A DNA stretch of 63,849 bases, filler included, from Octopus bimaculoides (lineage: Eukaryota), in NCBI RefSeq assembly GCF_001194135.2. It is 6 parts of 6 records of this genome, joined end to end, with 100 filler letters (N's around TTAATTAATTAA, not from the genome) between each part and the next. Parts side by side here need not be neighbours in the genome. Positions count along the whole stretch, not along the records: positions 31,457 to 51,246 come from NC_069001.1; 5 more parts are not named here. The stretch is one strand, 5' to 3'. The notes below the pieces were generated by a model. That model was not told where the DNA came from, did no database searches, and worked only from the letters and a program-made list of their open reading frames with translations. A program made the translations under genes and the position numbers. The first letter of the stretch is position 1. Every line of letters starts with the position of its first letter. Positions 33,611 to 46,065 of this stretch are shown in pieces.

Positions 33611-34664
33611 TTACCTCCGCTTTAGCGAAGGCAGAGGTATTGTTTTCAGTCATGTTTGTTTGTTTGTTTGTCCATGGACAGGATATCTCAAGAACTGCTA
33701 GATGGATTCAGATGAAACTTTCATGGATGTTTGGCCTTGTGACTGGCACAAACTGATTATATTTTGGGATCGGTCTGGTACCGGACAAGGATTATGGATT
33801 ATTTGTTATATTTACTTTGCATGAAGTACTACGATCTTACAGACTTTCAAGTCTTTCTCTGATTATCTCCCTTGAAAGCACATTCATGGTTTCCACATAA
33901 GTTATGGTGGTGTTACTGTTTCCAAAGTTTTATTTTCATTTCCCTATTATTAATTTTACTCGTGTCTCTATTTTAGTAGAAACTAATGGATAAAGAAATC
34001 AAACTGCATAAACAAACGTCAGGGAAATCGTTTAGAAATTAAGTAACACTAACATATTTAGCAACAATAATAGATTTAATTTATCCTCGACAATTTTTGG
34101 TTTTACCAATTTTTAGTATATCACTCCTGCTTAAAACCTCTTACCCACTTGACAATTGCATTTATAGCTTTGCCTTGAAGGAAGTTTTACTTCTTGGACT
34201 TATATTTTTGTGTGCAACAATGTTGTTAACCCTCCGTTAACAGCACCGCATGCAGGTCCTTTCCGTTTTCTTTCACGCACAGATAAATTTTTCTCTATAG
34301 ACCTTAATGGTCAGAAAGACACTATATCAGTGGATAGACTGAAAAAGGCCTTCATAGAGAAAACTGTCTCTGTTACCACTGCAGATGACACACATACAGC
34401 ATTACAAACATGGCCCACATACCCACCTTCACATTCCATGACTACCATTGGGATTGATCAGGTACTGGACAAGGATTCTGGATTATTTTACCATTTTTTA
34501 AACTTAATTTTTGAGAGCAGTCAGGTTCATTTTTAGTATTCTCATTTGCAAGAGCAGTTGAGTTTATTTCAGATATTCCCATTTTAAAAATCATTTCCAG
34601 CTAATTGCTGAGAGGACGTTGGTGTTGCCTTTGCAGAGGTTTGCGCTCTCTGAGTGCTCTTGTT
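33611..34664 (+). mobile_element. DINE-1/HINE-like non-autonomous Helentron element carrying a Gypsy integrase fragment (copy 1)
   Basis: 5' ACCTCCGC(33613-20)/GCAGAGGT(33631-38) stem, (GTTT)n, 3' subTIR GCAGAGGT (34633-40), 3' hairpin GCGCTC-TCT-GAGTGC, inserted in a TT-rich tract. Internal SWTYIFVCNNVVNPPLTAPHAGPFRFLSRTDKFFSIDLNGQKDTISVDRLKKAF (34192-34359). Confidence 0.75.
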
Positions 34665-34781
34665 ATCATTATTATTGAGAGCAAAGAAAAAACTGCATAT
34701 GATTGACTAGCATGGAACTTCTTACCAAAATACTCCAGCTTCTTGCTCACAGTGATATCACCTGCTTTTTTTCTCTGTTTT

Positions 34782-34832
<51 letters not shown>

Positions 34833-35228
34833 AGAGACTGCTGTTCTTTGGAGCTGGTTTGTGTCATGTAACTCCACCCTGGCTCATCTAACTTATTTGT
34901 TTCATCTCTTCCCATCCCCCATATAGGATTCATTACCATATCCTTCCCAGGCCTTACACTAACCAACATTTCCAATTCTTCCATCACAAAACCTCATCCC
35001 TCTGGAAATGTTTCTTCACTGGCATCATTTTGTAGTTATTCATCAATCACATCAACTTCAGCTGTGTTGGAAGGGACTGTGAAAGAAATGGGCTCAACCT
35101 TTCCCTTCAGAGGACCAACAGCATCAACAAACACTTTAAGGCAATCTTTCCTGCTAAAACAGAAGTTAGCCATGTGGGCCCTATGATAACGTACTCCATT
35201 TTTCACTATCCTCTATATCAGTTGTTTC

Positions 35229-35453
35229 CAGCTGGGGTCCATATAAGATTTTGTTGTTAAAATCTGTGCAATAAATTGGTTATACTTCTACAATACACAA
35301 AATGTTTTGTTTTTTTTCTTACAATTCTTAATAATATTTAATTACAAAAATATAAGAATAGGATTTTTTTAAACATTGAATGGCTATGAGGGTTCACCCA
35401 TGTAAAATAGGAATCAAAGGGATCCATAGGCAAAAAATGGTTGGGAACCACTG
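35229..35453. mobile_element. hAT-like MITE (partial)
   Basis: Ends aaaaatggttgggaaccactg. The body ggggtccata...aaagggatccatagg is shared with 56407-56627. Confidence 0.6.
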
Positions 35454-35455
35454 TT

Positions 35456-35690
35456 CTACATCCTTCCCCCGCTAATACCCTTTGCCCTCATTTCTTCCTC
35501 CATCTTTAGCCATGTCTTTCTTAGCCTCTGTCTATTTCTTCCCACATCCATTTCTATCACTCCCCTCCCGCAGTATCTTACATCTTTCTTCACCACATGA
35601 CTTAGCCACTTCATCCCATTTCTTTTCACAACAGCCATCACTGGCTTGATTTGCATCATTCTCTGCAATTCCTTATTTGGCTTCCTCCAA
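35456..35690 (-). mobile_element. RTE-like LINE C-terminal fragment
   Basis: MKWLSHVVKKD...GRNRQRLRKTW resembles the RLRWFGHV...RGRPRKTW terminus of RTE-clade ORFs. Confidence 0.5.
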
Positions 35691-35705
35691 ATTGAACTAT
35701 TCTAA

Positions 35706-35869
35706 GTGCAGGAGTGACTGTGTGGTAAATAGCTTGCTTACCAACCACATAGTTCTGGGTTCAGTCCCACTGCGTGGCACCTTGGGCAAGTGTCTTCTAC
35801 TACAGCTTCGGGCTGACCAAAGCCTTGTGAGTGGATTTGGTAGACGGAAACTGAAAGAAGTCCTTCGTA

Positions 35870-35918
<49 letters not shown>

Positions 35919-36112
35919 TTGTCCACCCAACATTGCTTGACAACCGATGCTGGTGTGTTTAGGTCTGCGTAACTTAGCGGTTCAGCAAAGAGACCGATAG
36001 AATAAGTACTAGGCTTACAAAGAATAAGTCCTGGGGTCGATTTGCTCAACTAAAGGCGGTGCTCCAGCATGGCTGCAGTCAAATGACTGAAACAAGTAAA
36101 AGAGTAAAAGAG
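35706..36112 (+). mobile_element. SINE family B, full length
   Basis: tRNA-like head (tgtgtggt...gggttcagtcccactg), internal (TA/TG)n, tail aaacaagtaaaagagtaaaagag. Confidence 0.85.
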
Positions 36113-36765
36113 TATCAAAATAAAAGCAAAAAAACAATTGAGCTGTAAAGAAAGTTAAAACCAGAACATTACTGTTACAATACGTTTATTACAATAAACA
36201 TAAGGAAATGTTTTGACCCTTTAGCATTCAGTTTACTCTGTCAGATATAATGCTTATCTATTCACATGGTTTTTGGAATTAATCATGCATTATTTTATAG
36301 CTTAAAGATTTTGATGATCTGACTTTATTTTTTAGAACAATAGAGGCTGAATCTGGCCTGTTGAACACAAAACAGAATATTTGGGATGGATGATGGACTC
36401 TCCTGTTGAAGACAACGTATGAACATTCAGTTTTTGTCAAATGACCTGCACCAATGATTTGTTTATAGTGATCAAATGTATGTGCTGTACATTATCTCAC
36501 TCCCTCCATCAACTCAACGTGGCCTGAACATGTGTATGGTGTACCACATGTCAGGTGTCGAAGAGATCACAGGGCAACATGATATGAAGTGTTTTACACA
36601 AGAACACAACACACCACCTTGTCTAGGAATTGAAACCACAATCTTGCAATCATGAGTGCAACACTCTAACCACCTTCATGAATATAACTAGTTTAAATGC
36701 TAAAGGATTAAGAATTGTCTAAAAGTAAAAACATAAAAAGGAATTTCTGTTCGCTTCTTTTGCAG

Positions 36766-36912
36766 GCTTGTGACTTTAAGAAACAACTTGACTTTAAAGA
36801 TAAACAAACTAATGGCAGACATCCGGAAAATTTTGAGGGAATATCGATCTGATTTTGACCAAGACTTACAGAAAGTGAAAGATTCTAATGCAATATTAAT
36901 GAAGAGTTTCAA
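36766..36912 (+). CDS. CCDC180: CCDC180 (CFAP76) internal exon a
   Basis: ttttgcag|...TTCAA|gtatgt; 147 bp, phase 2-2; LVTLRNN...DLQKVKDSNAILMKSF(K) splices in frame to the next exon. Confidence 0.7.
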
Positions 36913-37509
36913 GTATGTAACATCATTCTACTTTCTCTATCCTACTGCTACATATACACACACACAAACACGTATGTCTCTCTGTGTGTGCGTACATATA
37001 TCTTGCAGTAATAGTAGTATGGGGGCATGCGCTGTAGCGGTGCATCACTGCATCCTCCATTTGTTAGTGATTCCTTACTCCTCGCAAATGAAACCTTTGC
37101 ACCACTCAGGCGACAACCCTCCAACCCATGGGTCTGTTTAGGTAGTCATTGCTGGTGTAGGTTTTACAAGGTCAGAATGCAAATCCTACCCCAACCTCTT
37201 TAAGTCGTCTTTTTCAACGTTGGGTCAATTCTTTGGCATGCCAGTCCCCACACAGCACTTGAGCAATGAGAAACTAAGTGTTTTTCCCAAGAACACAACA
37301 CATCACCTGATCCAGGAATTGAACCCACAATCTGGCCATCATGAGTGCAACATCTTAACTAGGTCATCCATCTTCACACGCACACACACATATGTGTGTG
37401 TGTGTGTGTGACCTACAATAATTGTGACACATCTTGTTGATGGATTCTGAGTAAATTCTATATAGATGTGTATTTGTGTATATGTATAGTTTGAGTGTGT
37501 GTGTGTGTG

Positions 37510-37790
37510 TTCTGTTTTTAGTTATTTGAAATCTTCCTCTGAGGAAGGGGCTGGTTCCATCATTGGAATGTAGATGACAATAACAAATTCACATTTTAAA
37601 CTTGAGAAAGGTCTTGCATATTTTTACTGTTCCACTTATTACAGATTGTATTTGTAATGTGCAAATTAGCTGGTTGATTTCTTTTTCTGAACAGCCTAGC
37701 CTGACAAGATTGTCACTTAGGCATTTACTCACAAAACCAAGTGCACCAGTTATCATTGATATAAATGTGAATTTATAACCCAGGAATGTG
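37510..37790 (-). mobile_element. RLE-type LINE extreme 3' end (same family as 14370-15690)
   Basis: GYKFTFISMITGALGFV...LQIQSVISGTVKICKTFLKF*. Confidence 0.7.
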
Positions 37791-38176
37791 TGTGTGTGTG
37801 TGCATGTGTGTATGTATGTATTAATTATAGTCATTTGTTATACATCCATTGTTTTCCATGTTGACATGGGTTAGGTGAGTATATTACTGAGGTATAGTTT
37901 TACAACTGGATGTCCTTCCTGTTGCTAACCATTACCTATTTTTTTCAGGGAAGAAATCTGTCGTATGTCTTTGTCTTTGAAGGCACAATGTGAGTAGAAG
38001 ATTTGTTGACAGGAAAAATAACATTGCTTCCATTTCAGGGGATTTGTAAAAGAAGAATGGATAAAAACTTCAGGACTTATTTGTATGTTGGAGTTAGTGG
38101 AGTTCAGTTTGCTTTATGAGACATGAAAGATGATAAGGTTGTATTTTAATTTAACTATTGACTCCTTATTTGGCAG

Positions 38177-38353
38177 ACCATTCTCTGAGATGGGTAATTT
38201 TTGCCCTGAAGAGATTCAGCAATACCAGAAGATTATTGACAAATTTGGCAACAAAGTGGACCAATTTGAAGGAAAGATTCTGTCTGAAATGGAAGGGATG
38301 GAATCAGCTCGCTATGATCAAGCTAATAAAATCACTCTGCAGTTTGAAGAAAG
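38177..38353 (+). CDS. CCDC180: CCDC180 internal exon b
   Basis: ttggcag|A...GAAAG|gtattc; 177 bp, phase 2-2; PFSEMGNFCPEEI...EGMESARYDQANKITLQFEE(R) resembles vertebrate CCDC180 LFSEGGNFSPKEI...YLDQANDVINKFE (recalled). Confidence 0.8.
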
Positions 38354-38762
38354 GTATTCTAAATATATTACCACGTCCACCACCACCACCACCATCTTCT
38401 TATCTTCCTTGTTTGTTGTTGGTTTTGTTCTTCTTTTTCTATTACTACAGCTACTACTCTTACTATTACTGCTTCTACTACTTCTACTTCTATTAGTTCT
38501 TGCCATTTTTCTTTTTGCAAGAATTACTGGAATAACTCTATGTTGAATCAATTACCATTTCAGGGTCAATAAAATANNNNNNNNNNTCTTGCCATTTTTC
38601 TTTTTGCAAGAATTACTGGAATAACTCTATGTTGAATCAATTACCATTTCAGGGTCAATAAAATAAGTACCAGTTGAACACTAGCACCCTCTCCCTAAAA
38701 TTGTAGGCCTTGTGCCAAACTTTGAAATCATCATCATCATCATCATTATTATTGTTATTGTT

Positions 38763-38809
<47 letters not shown>

Positions 38810-38810
<1 letters not shown>

Positions 38811-39482
38811 TAAGATGTTGCACAGTATCCAATATCATGATGTTGTTGATGGAAGATATTGTGTCTATCAGGGGTTTGTACTGTCTCTCAAGTCATAACA
38901 AGGACCTCAGACAGACAATATTTTATGCAATATGCATGCAGTTACAAGTAATGTCGATTTTTTGCAATACACCTAGATTGTTTCCAGATGTTTCTTCAGG
39001 CTGGGTGGTATTGAACCCAATACTCCGATGACAATAGAGACAACCATTATATTTGACTCGCGTAACTGCCATATCTTAGCAATCTCAATTCTTAGGTCTC
39101 CATATTTATCAACCTTTTCTCTTTCTTTCATGATAATATGTTGATCTCCTAGTACTGCCACGTCGATTATTAGGCACTCTTGTTTGTCCATTTTAAAGTT
39201 TACTATATCTGGCCTTTGGTGCTCTGACACTTGTCTGTCTGGAAGTCAAAGTAGCCAGAGGATTTTTGCCTTCCCCCTTTTCATCTATTACTTTTTCCAG
39301 TGTATGCTGGTACCAAGCACCCGTTACCTCATATCCATACTTCTGGCATAGTAACCAGTGGAGGTTTTGCACTACCTTGTTGTGTCTGTGCTTGTAATCT
39401 TCCTGTGCAATACTTTCACAAGCACTAACAATGTGAGTCACACCTTCGACCTTCTTCCCACACATTCTGCAGGGGTTCATTT
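38810..39482 (-). mobile_element. RLE-type LINE 3' fragment (R4/Dong-like) with (TAA)n tail
   Basis: CRMCGKKVEGVTHIVSAC...HRHNKV (CCHC), HQRPDIV...LIIDVAV...EKVDKYGDL (PD-D/ExK). Confidence 0.85.
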
Positions 39483-39499
39483 CCCTTTTCTTTTATTAT

Positions 39500-40915
39500 T
39501 TTTAAGACAGCAAGCTGATAGAATCATTAGCAAGCAAGGCAAAATGCTTGGCAGCATTTCATGCATCTTTACATTCTGAGTTCAAATTCTTCCAAAGTCG
39601 ACTTTACCTTTCATCCTTTTAGAGTCAATAAATTAAGTACCAGTGAAACACTGGGGTCAATGTAATTGACTAGTCCCCTGCAGTCAAATCTCAGGCCTCA
39701 GCCCTTCAGTAGAAAAGATTATTATTATTTTTTGTTTGACTTTTGTTTTGCATTTGTACAAAATATTATTATTATAAAGGTGGCGAGCTGGCAGAATCAT
39801 TAACGCACTGGGAAAAATGCTTAGTGGTATTTCGCCCACCACTATGTTCTTAGTTCAAATTCTGCCAAGGTTGACTTTGCCTTTCTTCCTTTCATCCTGT
39901 CGATGAAATAAGTACCAGTTACGCACTGGAGGTGGGGTCAATGTAATTGACTCATCCCCTCCCCAAAAATTGTGCTGCCCTTGTGGAAAAATTTGAAAGC
40001 ATCATTATTATTATTATTTTAACTGGATGATACCCTACTTGCATCCTCTTGCTAATTCTTCAAGAATGAGGAGAGTTTAGAAGAGAAACCTATCTCTTCT
40101 TCGGTCAGGTAAGGTACAACCAAAGACTTGTTCCTTTAGTGTTAACATATTTTAAGGCAAAGAAACATAGAGAAGCTTATTAGAAAAAAGAAAATTATGC
40201 AACTAGACAGAGATGGAGGGAGGCAAGGGATGGGCAAAACTTGAAGTCCCAATTAAAATTGATTTTATAATAAATTTCACTATTGAGTTTCCTACCCCTG
40301 TTGGCAAATGTTCTGTTGGTATTCTTTAAAAAATTTTCAAAATATCAACTTAAAAATGTAATTTAATATTTAAATAGAAATACTGCTGGGGTAAGTTAAT
40401 AGTAACATAGGTAGAGTAACTTAGTGGTAACATAGGTATGTTGGTGGTCAAATAGTTAGGTAAGTTGGTGGTAGAACAGCTAAGTGTGTTGCTAGGTTAC
40501 TTGGGTGTAACCTTGCTGGATAAGTCAAGAGTAACATAGCTAGGTAAGCTGATAGTAACATAGTTAGATAAGGCGGGGAGCTGGCAGAAGGCGGGGAGCT
40601 GGCAGAAGGTGGGGAGCTGGCAGAAACGTTAGCATGCCGGACGACATGCTTAGCAGTATTTCATCTGCCGTTACGTNNNNNNNNNNGGGAGCTGGCAGAA
40701 ACGTTAGCATGCCGGACGACATGCTTAGCAGTATTTCATCTGCCGTTACGTTCTGAGTTCAAATTCTGCTGAGGTCGACTTTGCCTTTCATCCTTTTGGG
40801 GTTGATAAATTAAGTACCAGTTAGGCGCTGGGGTCGATGTAATCGACTTAATCCCTTTGTCTGTCCTTGTTTGTCCCCTCTATGTTTAGCCCCTTGTGGG
40901 CAATAAAGAAATAAG
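39500..40915 (+). mobile_element. Three SINE family A copies (~39500, ~39777, ~40571), the last with a triplicated 19-bp head
   Basis: Family A consensus recognisable at each start. ggcggggagctggcagaa(g) occurs 3 times at 40571-40627. Confidence 0.7.
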
Positions 40916-41119
40916 TAACATAGTTAGATAAGATGATGGTAACATTGGTATTGGTAGTTAGATAAATAGGTAAGTTGGTGATGCCAACGGTATGTTTGTG
41001 GCAACCTAGTTAAGTAAGCTAGTGATAACATATTTAATGAAAAGGGGACAACAGAATTCTTATAAAATTGTTTCTTTTGACATCATTTACCTCCTTCATT
41101 TATTATTTGACCATTTCAG

Positions 41120-41303
41120 ATTTAAGAACCATGTCTTTGATCTTCAGTTCATAGAACTAATAGCACGATGGTTTACAAATACTCAGGTGAAGATAAAATC
41201 TGATGTGGCTAAAAGCAACAGCCAAGGAAAGAATATTTGCGACATTCTACAAAAGCTTGAGAAGAAAATCGATTACCTAACAGAACCTCATCCTGATAAA
41301 TTG
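41120..41303 (+). CDS. CCDC180: CCDC180 internal exon c
   Basis: atttcag|A...AAATTG|gtaaag; 184 bp, phase 2-0; FKNHVFDLQFIELIARWFTNTQVKIKSDVAKSNSQ resembles vertebrate [29 protein letters not shown] (recalled). Confidence 0.85.
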
Positions 41304-41411
41304 GTAAAGTACCTGGTGCCACTACAAATCTATAGAAATATTTGTGCACAACCTGATTTTCTTTAATGTTTTTCATTCTTGATGGTCTTTGTCAGTTTGT
41401 TTTGTATTTAT

Positions 41412-41697
41412 AAACAATTGCAGCGTGGAAGGTGTTTATAAGCCATTTAAAATAACACACAAAAACCGTTAGATTCACTTCAACATTTAAATTTAATTTG
41501 CCAAAATATTTCCATCGCTTTGAGACCGCGACCTATTCACTGACAAAATGCTGCACAGAATTTTGTTAGTGAACAGGTCGCGGTCTCAAAGCGACGAAAA
41601 TATTTTGACAAATTAAATTTAAATGTTGATGTGAATCTAACGGTTTTTGTGTGTTATTTTAAATGGCTTATAAATACCTTCCATGCTGCAATTGTTT
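41412..41697. repeat. Near-perfect 286-bp palindrome (foldback element)
   Basis: aaacaattgcagc...caaaat arm is the reverse complement of attttg...gctgcaattgttt; centre near 41554. Confidence 0.92.
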
Positions 41698-42149
41698 TCG
41701 TTCCAGCATACGATCTCAGATCAGGTCACTTGCTATGCAAGTACATCTCCGCAATTTGTATTTATATTTTTGTGCAAAGAGTTTTGATTCATTTGTTTGG
41801 AATTTATTTTTAAATAACACAAAAATACAAATATAAACATACAGACAAGATGTTTGAGCTATGTTAGACATTTTATGTCTCTCTTTTTTTTTTTTTAAGA
41901 ATAGCTTGATGTATTGGTGGCCTGTCAACAGCATTGAAGAGCATAAAGATTAAAGTTGTAGTTGACCAAAAGTTAGCTGGCTTGGAGGACTGGCAGCCAG
42001 GTGAATATTGGAAAAGAGTTATCTGTATCCTGATGATTTGCACCTGGTATCAAAATGCCAACATCATGATTGCTACTCATTACACTTTAAAGGCTATAAG
42101 ACATGACACGGACAACAACAACAGAGACATAGCTTTGACAGCTGGAACA

Positions 42150-42700
42150 AACACAGAAGGTGTTCTGAGGGTGTGCCAGCCCTCATCTTAGAACAGGGCC
42201 TAAGCTCAATTCAGAGGGCTGTGTGAAATTGCTGGAGAGAGTTGCTGCCGGAAGGCCATATGTGTGGCAGTAGGATTCAGTTCCTTGCCATACTTCCAGA
42301 AGGAGTCAGAAATGGTTGTCGAAGAATTTCTGATTTCCCCAGCCCCAATTTCTGGCCTCCTAATTCACCCAATTGTAACTCCATTGATTTGTATATGTAG
42401 GATGCAGTTAAAAAAGGTACCAACTGCTCTGCCTGCAACACACCAAGGCCAAGCTGATGGGCAAGCTCTAGGAGATGTTCAAAGATCTTCCCAGGACACA
42501 GTGAAGAACGCATGCATCAGGTTCCAGAACTGTCTTGAGACCGTGATGGAATCTGAGGCTGGCTACTTTGAGTAAACTGTTATCTCCCAGTCATAGTCTA
42601 GCTGATAGTTTTTGGTATTTTAAAATACTTTTATATTTGGATGGGATATTGAGCTTTTCTTTTCCTTTTACACAAATTGTCAAATTTAGACCAAACACCT

Positions 42701-42703
<3 letters not shown>
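42150..42703 (+). mobile_element. Tc1/mariner-superfamily transposase 3' remnant
   Basis: GRPYVWQ*DSVPCHTSRRSQKWL...WPPNSPNCNSID...KNACIRFQNCLETVMESEAGYFE*: catalytic QQDxAPCH and WPPNSPDLNP motifs, decayed. Confidence 0.75.
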
Positions 42704-42783
<80 letters not shown>

Positions 42784-42946
42784 TTAAAATGTTAAAATAA
42801 AAACAGAACACAAAGGATTCTGTTTTTATTTTTACATTTTTAATTTATTCTTTTACTCCGGCCACGATCTGGCATATACAGGTGCTTACAATTATCAAGT
42901 ATTACCTCTAACATTTACTTTACCTATATATATATATATATATATA

Positions 42947-43335
42947 TCAAAAAGTTTGCAGACTAGTTATGTTTAATAAAAAAAAAAATAACTTATTTAC
43001 CTAAGTTTTAATATCATCTCCTTCGAAATAGTTACCTTGCACAGCAATACACCAGTCTCAGTGTTCCTGCCACTTTTGGAATCTGATCTGGGAGTCATTT
43101 TCTGTAAGTGAGTTGTGGACCTTCTACAATTTGCTCTTGATCTCGACAATGGCATTAAAATGGTGACCTTTGAGCTGCATTTTTATCTTGTGGAAGTGAT
43201 GGAAGTCTGCAGGTGCCAAATCTGGTGAACAGAGCAAGTGCAGAAGTGATACCATGTTTTTTATTTGCGAGAAACTCAGAAGTGAGGAGAGCTTGATGAC
43301 AGGGTACATTGTTGTCATGAAGAATCCAATTTCTC
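42947..43335 (-). mobile_element. Mariner transposase 3' remnant
   Basis: ILHDNNVPCHQAL and SPDLAPADFHHFHKIKMQLKGHHF (HDNARPH / YSPDLAPxDF motifs). Truncated by a family B SINE at ~43350-43510. Confidence 0.75.
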
Positions 43336-44273
43336 GTGCTCCACCACACCAGTTGTCAAGCGGTGGTGGGGGGACAAACACAGACAGAAAGATAAACACA
43401 TACACATACATATATATATGTACACACAACAGGCTTCTTTCAGTTTCTGTCTACTGAATCTACTCACAAAGCTCTGGTTGGCTGGTGGCTTTAGTAGAAG
43501 ACACTTGCCCATTATATTATACGTGATAAAACTAGTAATGGTTATAAAAATAAAATTAGAGCTAAGTAGTGTGCTGCTATTTCTAGCAGGTTGAGCAACT
43601 GTGTAGAATCTACACATTTGCTCAACCTGATATAGAAAATTTAGCTAGACCTCATCGGACACAGGGAAGTCATTTACTTGCCATGTATAAAGTAAATTTA
43701 CAACTTTTGTCTGTATTAATTTTTTTCATCATTTCACTGTTATAAGCTCATATAATCCTTTTTTTTTTGGAGTAAAATTCATTAATTATTATCCATGTTA
43801 ATTTAGTTTAGTCATGATACCTTCCTCACCACTTAGGTGGGTCCTAGACATAATAACTACTTAAAAAGAGGCGCAACCAAAACAAAAGGTTAAGAACCAC
43901 TTTTCTAAAGTATCCTACATGTAAATGGAATTATAATAGAAGACTGGCATTCCACTACTGATCTCTGTGTTATTTTATTTCTGTGTTGTTTTAATGTATC
44001 TTGTATTACATTATTCCATGATTAAATCATCTCAATTTCCTCTTTTTTCTTAAATCTGTAGAATGATTTCCAAGAGCTTTGACTGCTATTTTTAGCAGGT
44101 CAGATGACCACATAAAGGCTCCATGTTGGTTCAAGTTTAACATTCTTCGTTTTGTTTACCTTTTTTTTTGTTTTTGTTTTTATAATATTTGATAAATTTA
44201 TATAAATCTAGCTTTTCTTAATAATAACATTTTATTTATATAATAGTTAATGTTCTAAATATTTCTTTGACAG

Positions 44274-44376
44274 AAATGTTCCCCATCAGAACTGACAGTA
44301 GATTTGGCAGATGCTTTAACACAATTTTGTTCCCGGGCCATATATTTAATTAGTCCAAAGAGCGGTAGAGAGTCAT
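44274..44376 (+). CDS. CCDC180: CCDC180 internal exon d
   Basis: ttctttgacag|AAA...TCAT|gtaagt; 103 bp, phase 0-1, compatible with both neighbours; KCSPSELTVDLADALTQFCSRAIYLISPK. Confidence 0.6.
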
Positions 44377-44649
44377 GTAAGTATTATCATTAAGGCAGTG
44401 AGCTGGCAGAGTCATTAGCATGCTGGGTAAAATGCTTAGTAGCATTTTTGCCAGTCTTCTCATTCTGAGTTCAAATTCCATTGAAGTTGACTTTGCCTTT
44501 CATCCTTTTGAAGTCAAATAAAAATAAGTACCAGTTGAGTACTGGGGTCAATGTAATTAACTTATACTCACCTCCCTCGGACTTGTTGGCCTTGTGCCAA
44601 AATTTGAAATCATCATTATCATCATCATCATCATTATTATTGTTATTTT

Positions 44650-45140
44650 TATCTCAAGTTTTGATGTAACTCCTGGAGTCTTGCATGCAAAGCAGGCTGA
44701 TGCAGCCTACAGCACCATGCTATCTGTTCTTTTCAACTAATACTTTCCTGATTATTTTGGCCATGCCAAGGAGACAGACCCTTTGCAACAGTTCTATTGG
44801 GCACTCTGTTCCGATTCCCTTTATATTCCTCTTGATGCCTTTTGATACTGTCCCCAAGGACCCAACAATAATTGACACTATCTTCACCTTCTTCATTTTC
44901 CATAGCCGGGCTATTTTTGTATTTAAAAGGATCGTATATATATCTATTTTTTTGCCTTCTTTCTTGACTATTCATGCGTCAAAAGGGCATGCAACATCAA
45001 CTATATATCACATGTGGTGCATCTTGTCCACCACCACTAGGTCTGGTCTGTTATGCTCTAGCACCTGGTCTGTTTGGATTGGGAAATCCCAGAGGATTTT
45101 GCAGGTCTCCAACTCCACCACTCTCTGCTGTTTGTGTACA
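44650..45140 (-). mobile_element. RLE-type LINE 3' fragment
   Basis: VELETCKILWDFPIQTDQVLEHNRPDLVVVDK (RLE). Confidence 0.75.
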
Positions 45141-45394
45141 TTATTAATATTATTATTACTAAGGAAACAAGCTGGCAAAATCGTTAGCTTACAAGGCAAA
45201 ATGCTTAGTGGCATTTTGTCCATATGTAGGTTCTGATTTCAAATGCTGTCAAGGACAACTTACCATTTCATTCTTGTAAAGATAAATAAAATATGTACTA
45301 ATTGATCTCTGGGGTCAAGGTAATCAACTTATGCTCTCCTTCAAAATTGCTGGCCTTGTAAAAAGATTATTATTATTATTATTATTATTATTAT

Positions 45395-46065
45395 TGCCTT
45401 TGCACAGCTTCTGACACTGGAGATTTACTATGGTGTCAGCTGTTCACTACCAGTGAACTAAGGTAACACCTCTTATTTTTCGAGCACCTTCCGGAGTATT
45501 CGAGCGGTTCCAAGCAGTGCTGTTTTCTGCAAATGCTCCACCCTTATCGCAGCACCTATTTGTTCCACATACTTCTCAAGATCTTTATTCACTGTTCCCA
45601 GGGCTCTGACAATTATTGGTACTACCGCTACCTTTTTCATCGACCACAACTGCTTAACTTCCCAAGCTAACCTGCCATATCTCTCGACTTTTCTTTCTTC
45701 CTTATCGCATACCTTGTTGTCAGCTGGGCATACTATGTCTATGATCCAGCATAGTTTGTTTTCTTTCTCAATAAAGACTATGTCTGGTTTCCTATTCTTT
45801 ATCTCATGGTCGCACTGAATAATAAAATCCCACAGGATCTTTGCATTTCTATTTTCGACGATGGCTTCAGGTTTGTGGTCGTACCAATTTTTTGCTCTGT
45901 CAAGTCCATACTTGTCACAAAGTGTCCAATGGACAAGCCTGGCTATATTGTCGTGGCATCTCTAATATTCCTTCTGGGCTAGTGGCGTACATTGGCTGGT
46001 AATATGCCATACGGTTTCACTGTTTTGTCCACAGATTCTGCACTTATCACTTTCTGCTGTGTTGT
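45395..46065 (-). mobile_element. RLE-type LINE 3' fragment with (TAA)n tail
   Basis: HDNIARLVHWTLCDKYGL...NWYDHKPE...KILWDFIIQCDHEIKNRKPDIV...WIIDIVCP...LGTARILRKVLEK*. Confidence 0.85.

Noticed and set aside
38490-40760. Short exact duplications flanking the 10-N gaps at ~38577 and ~40677 (also 32597 vs 33393)
   Set aside because: Gap-flank overlaps, not credible tandem duplications.
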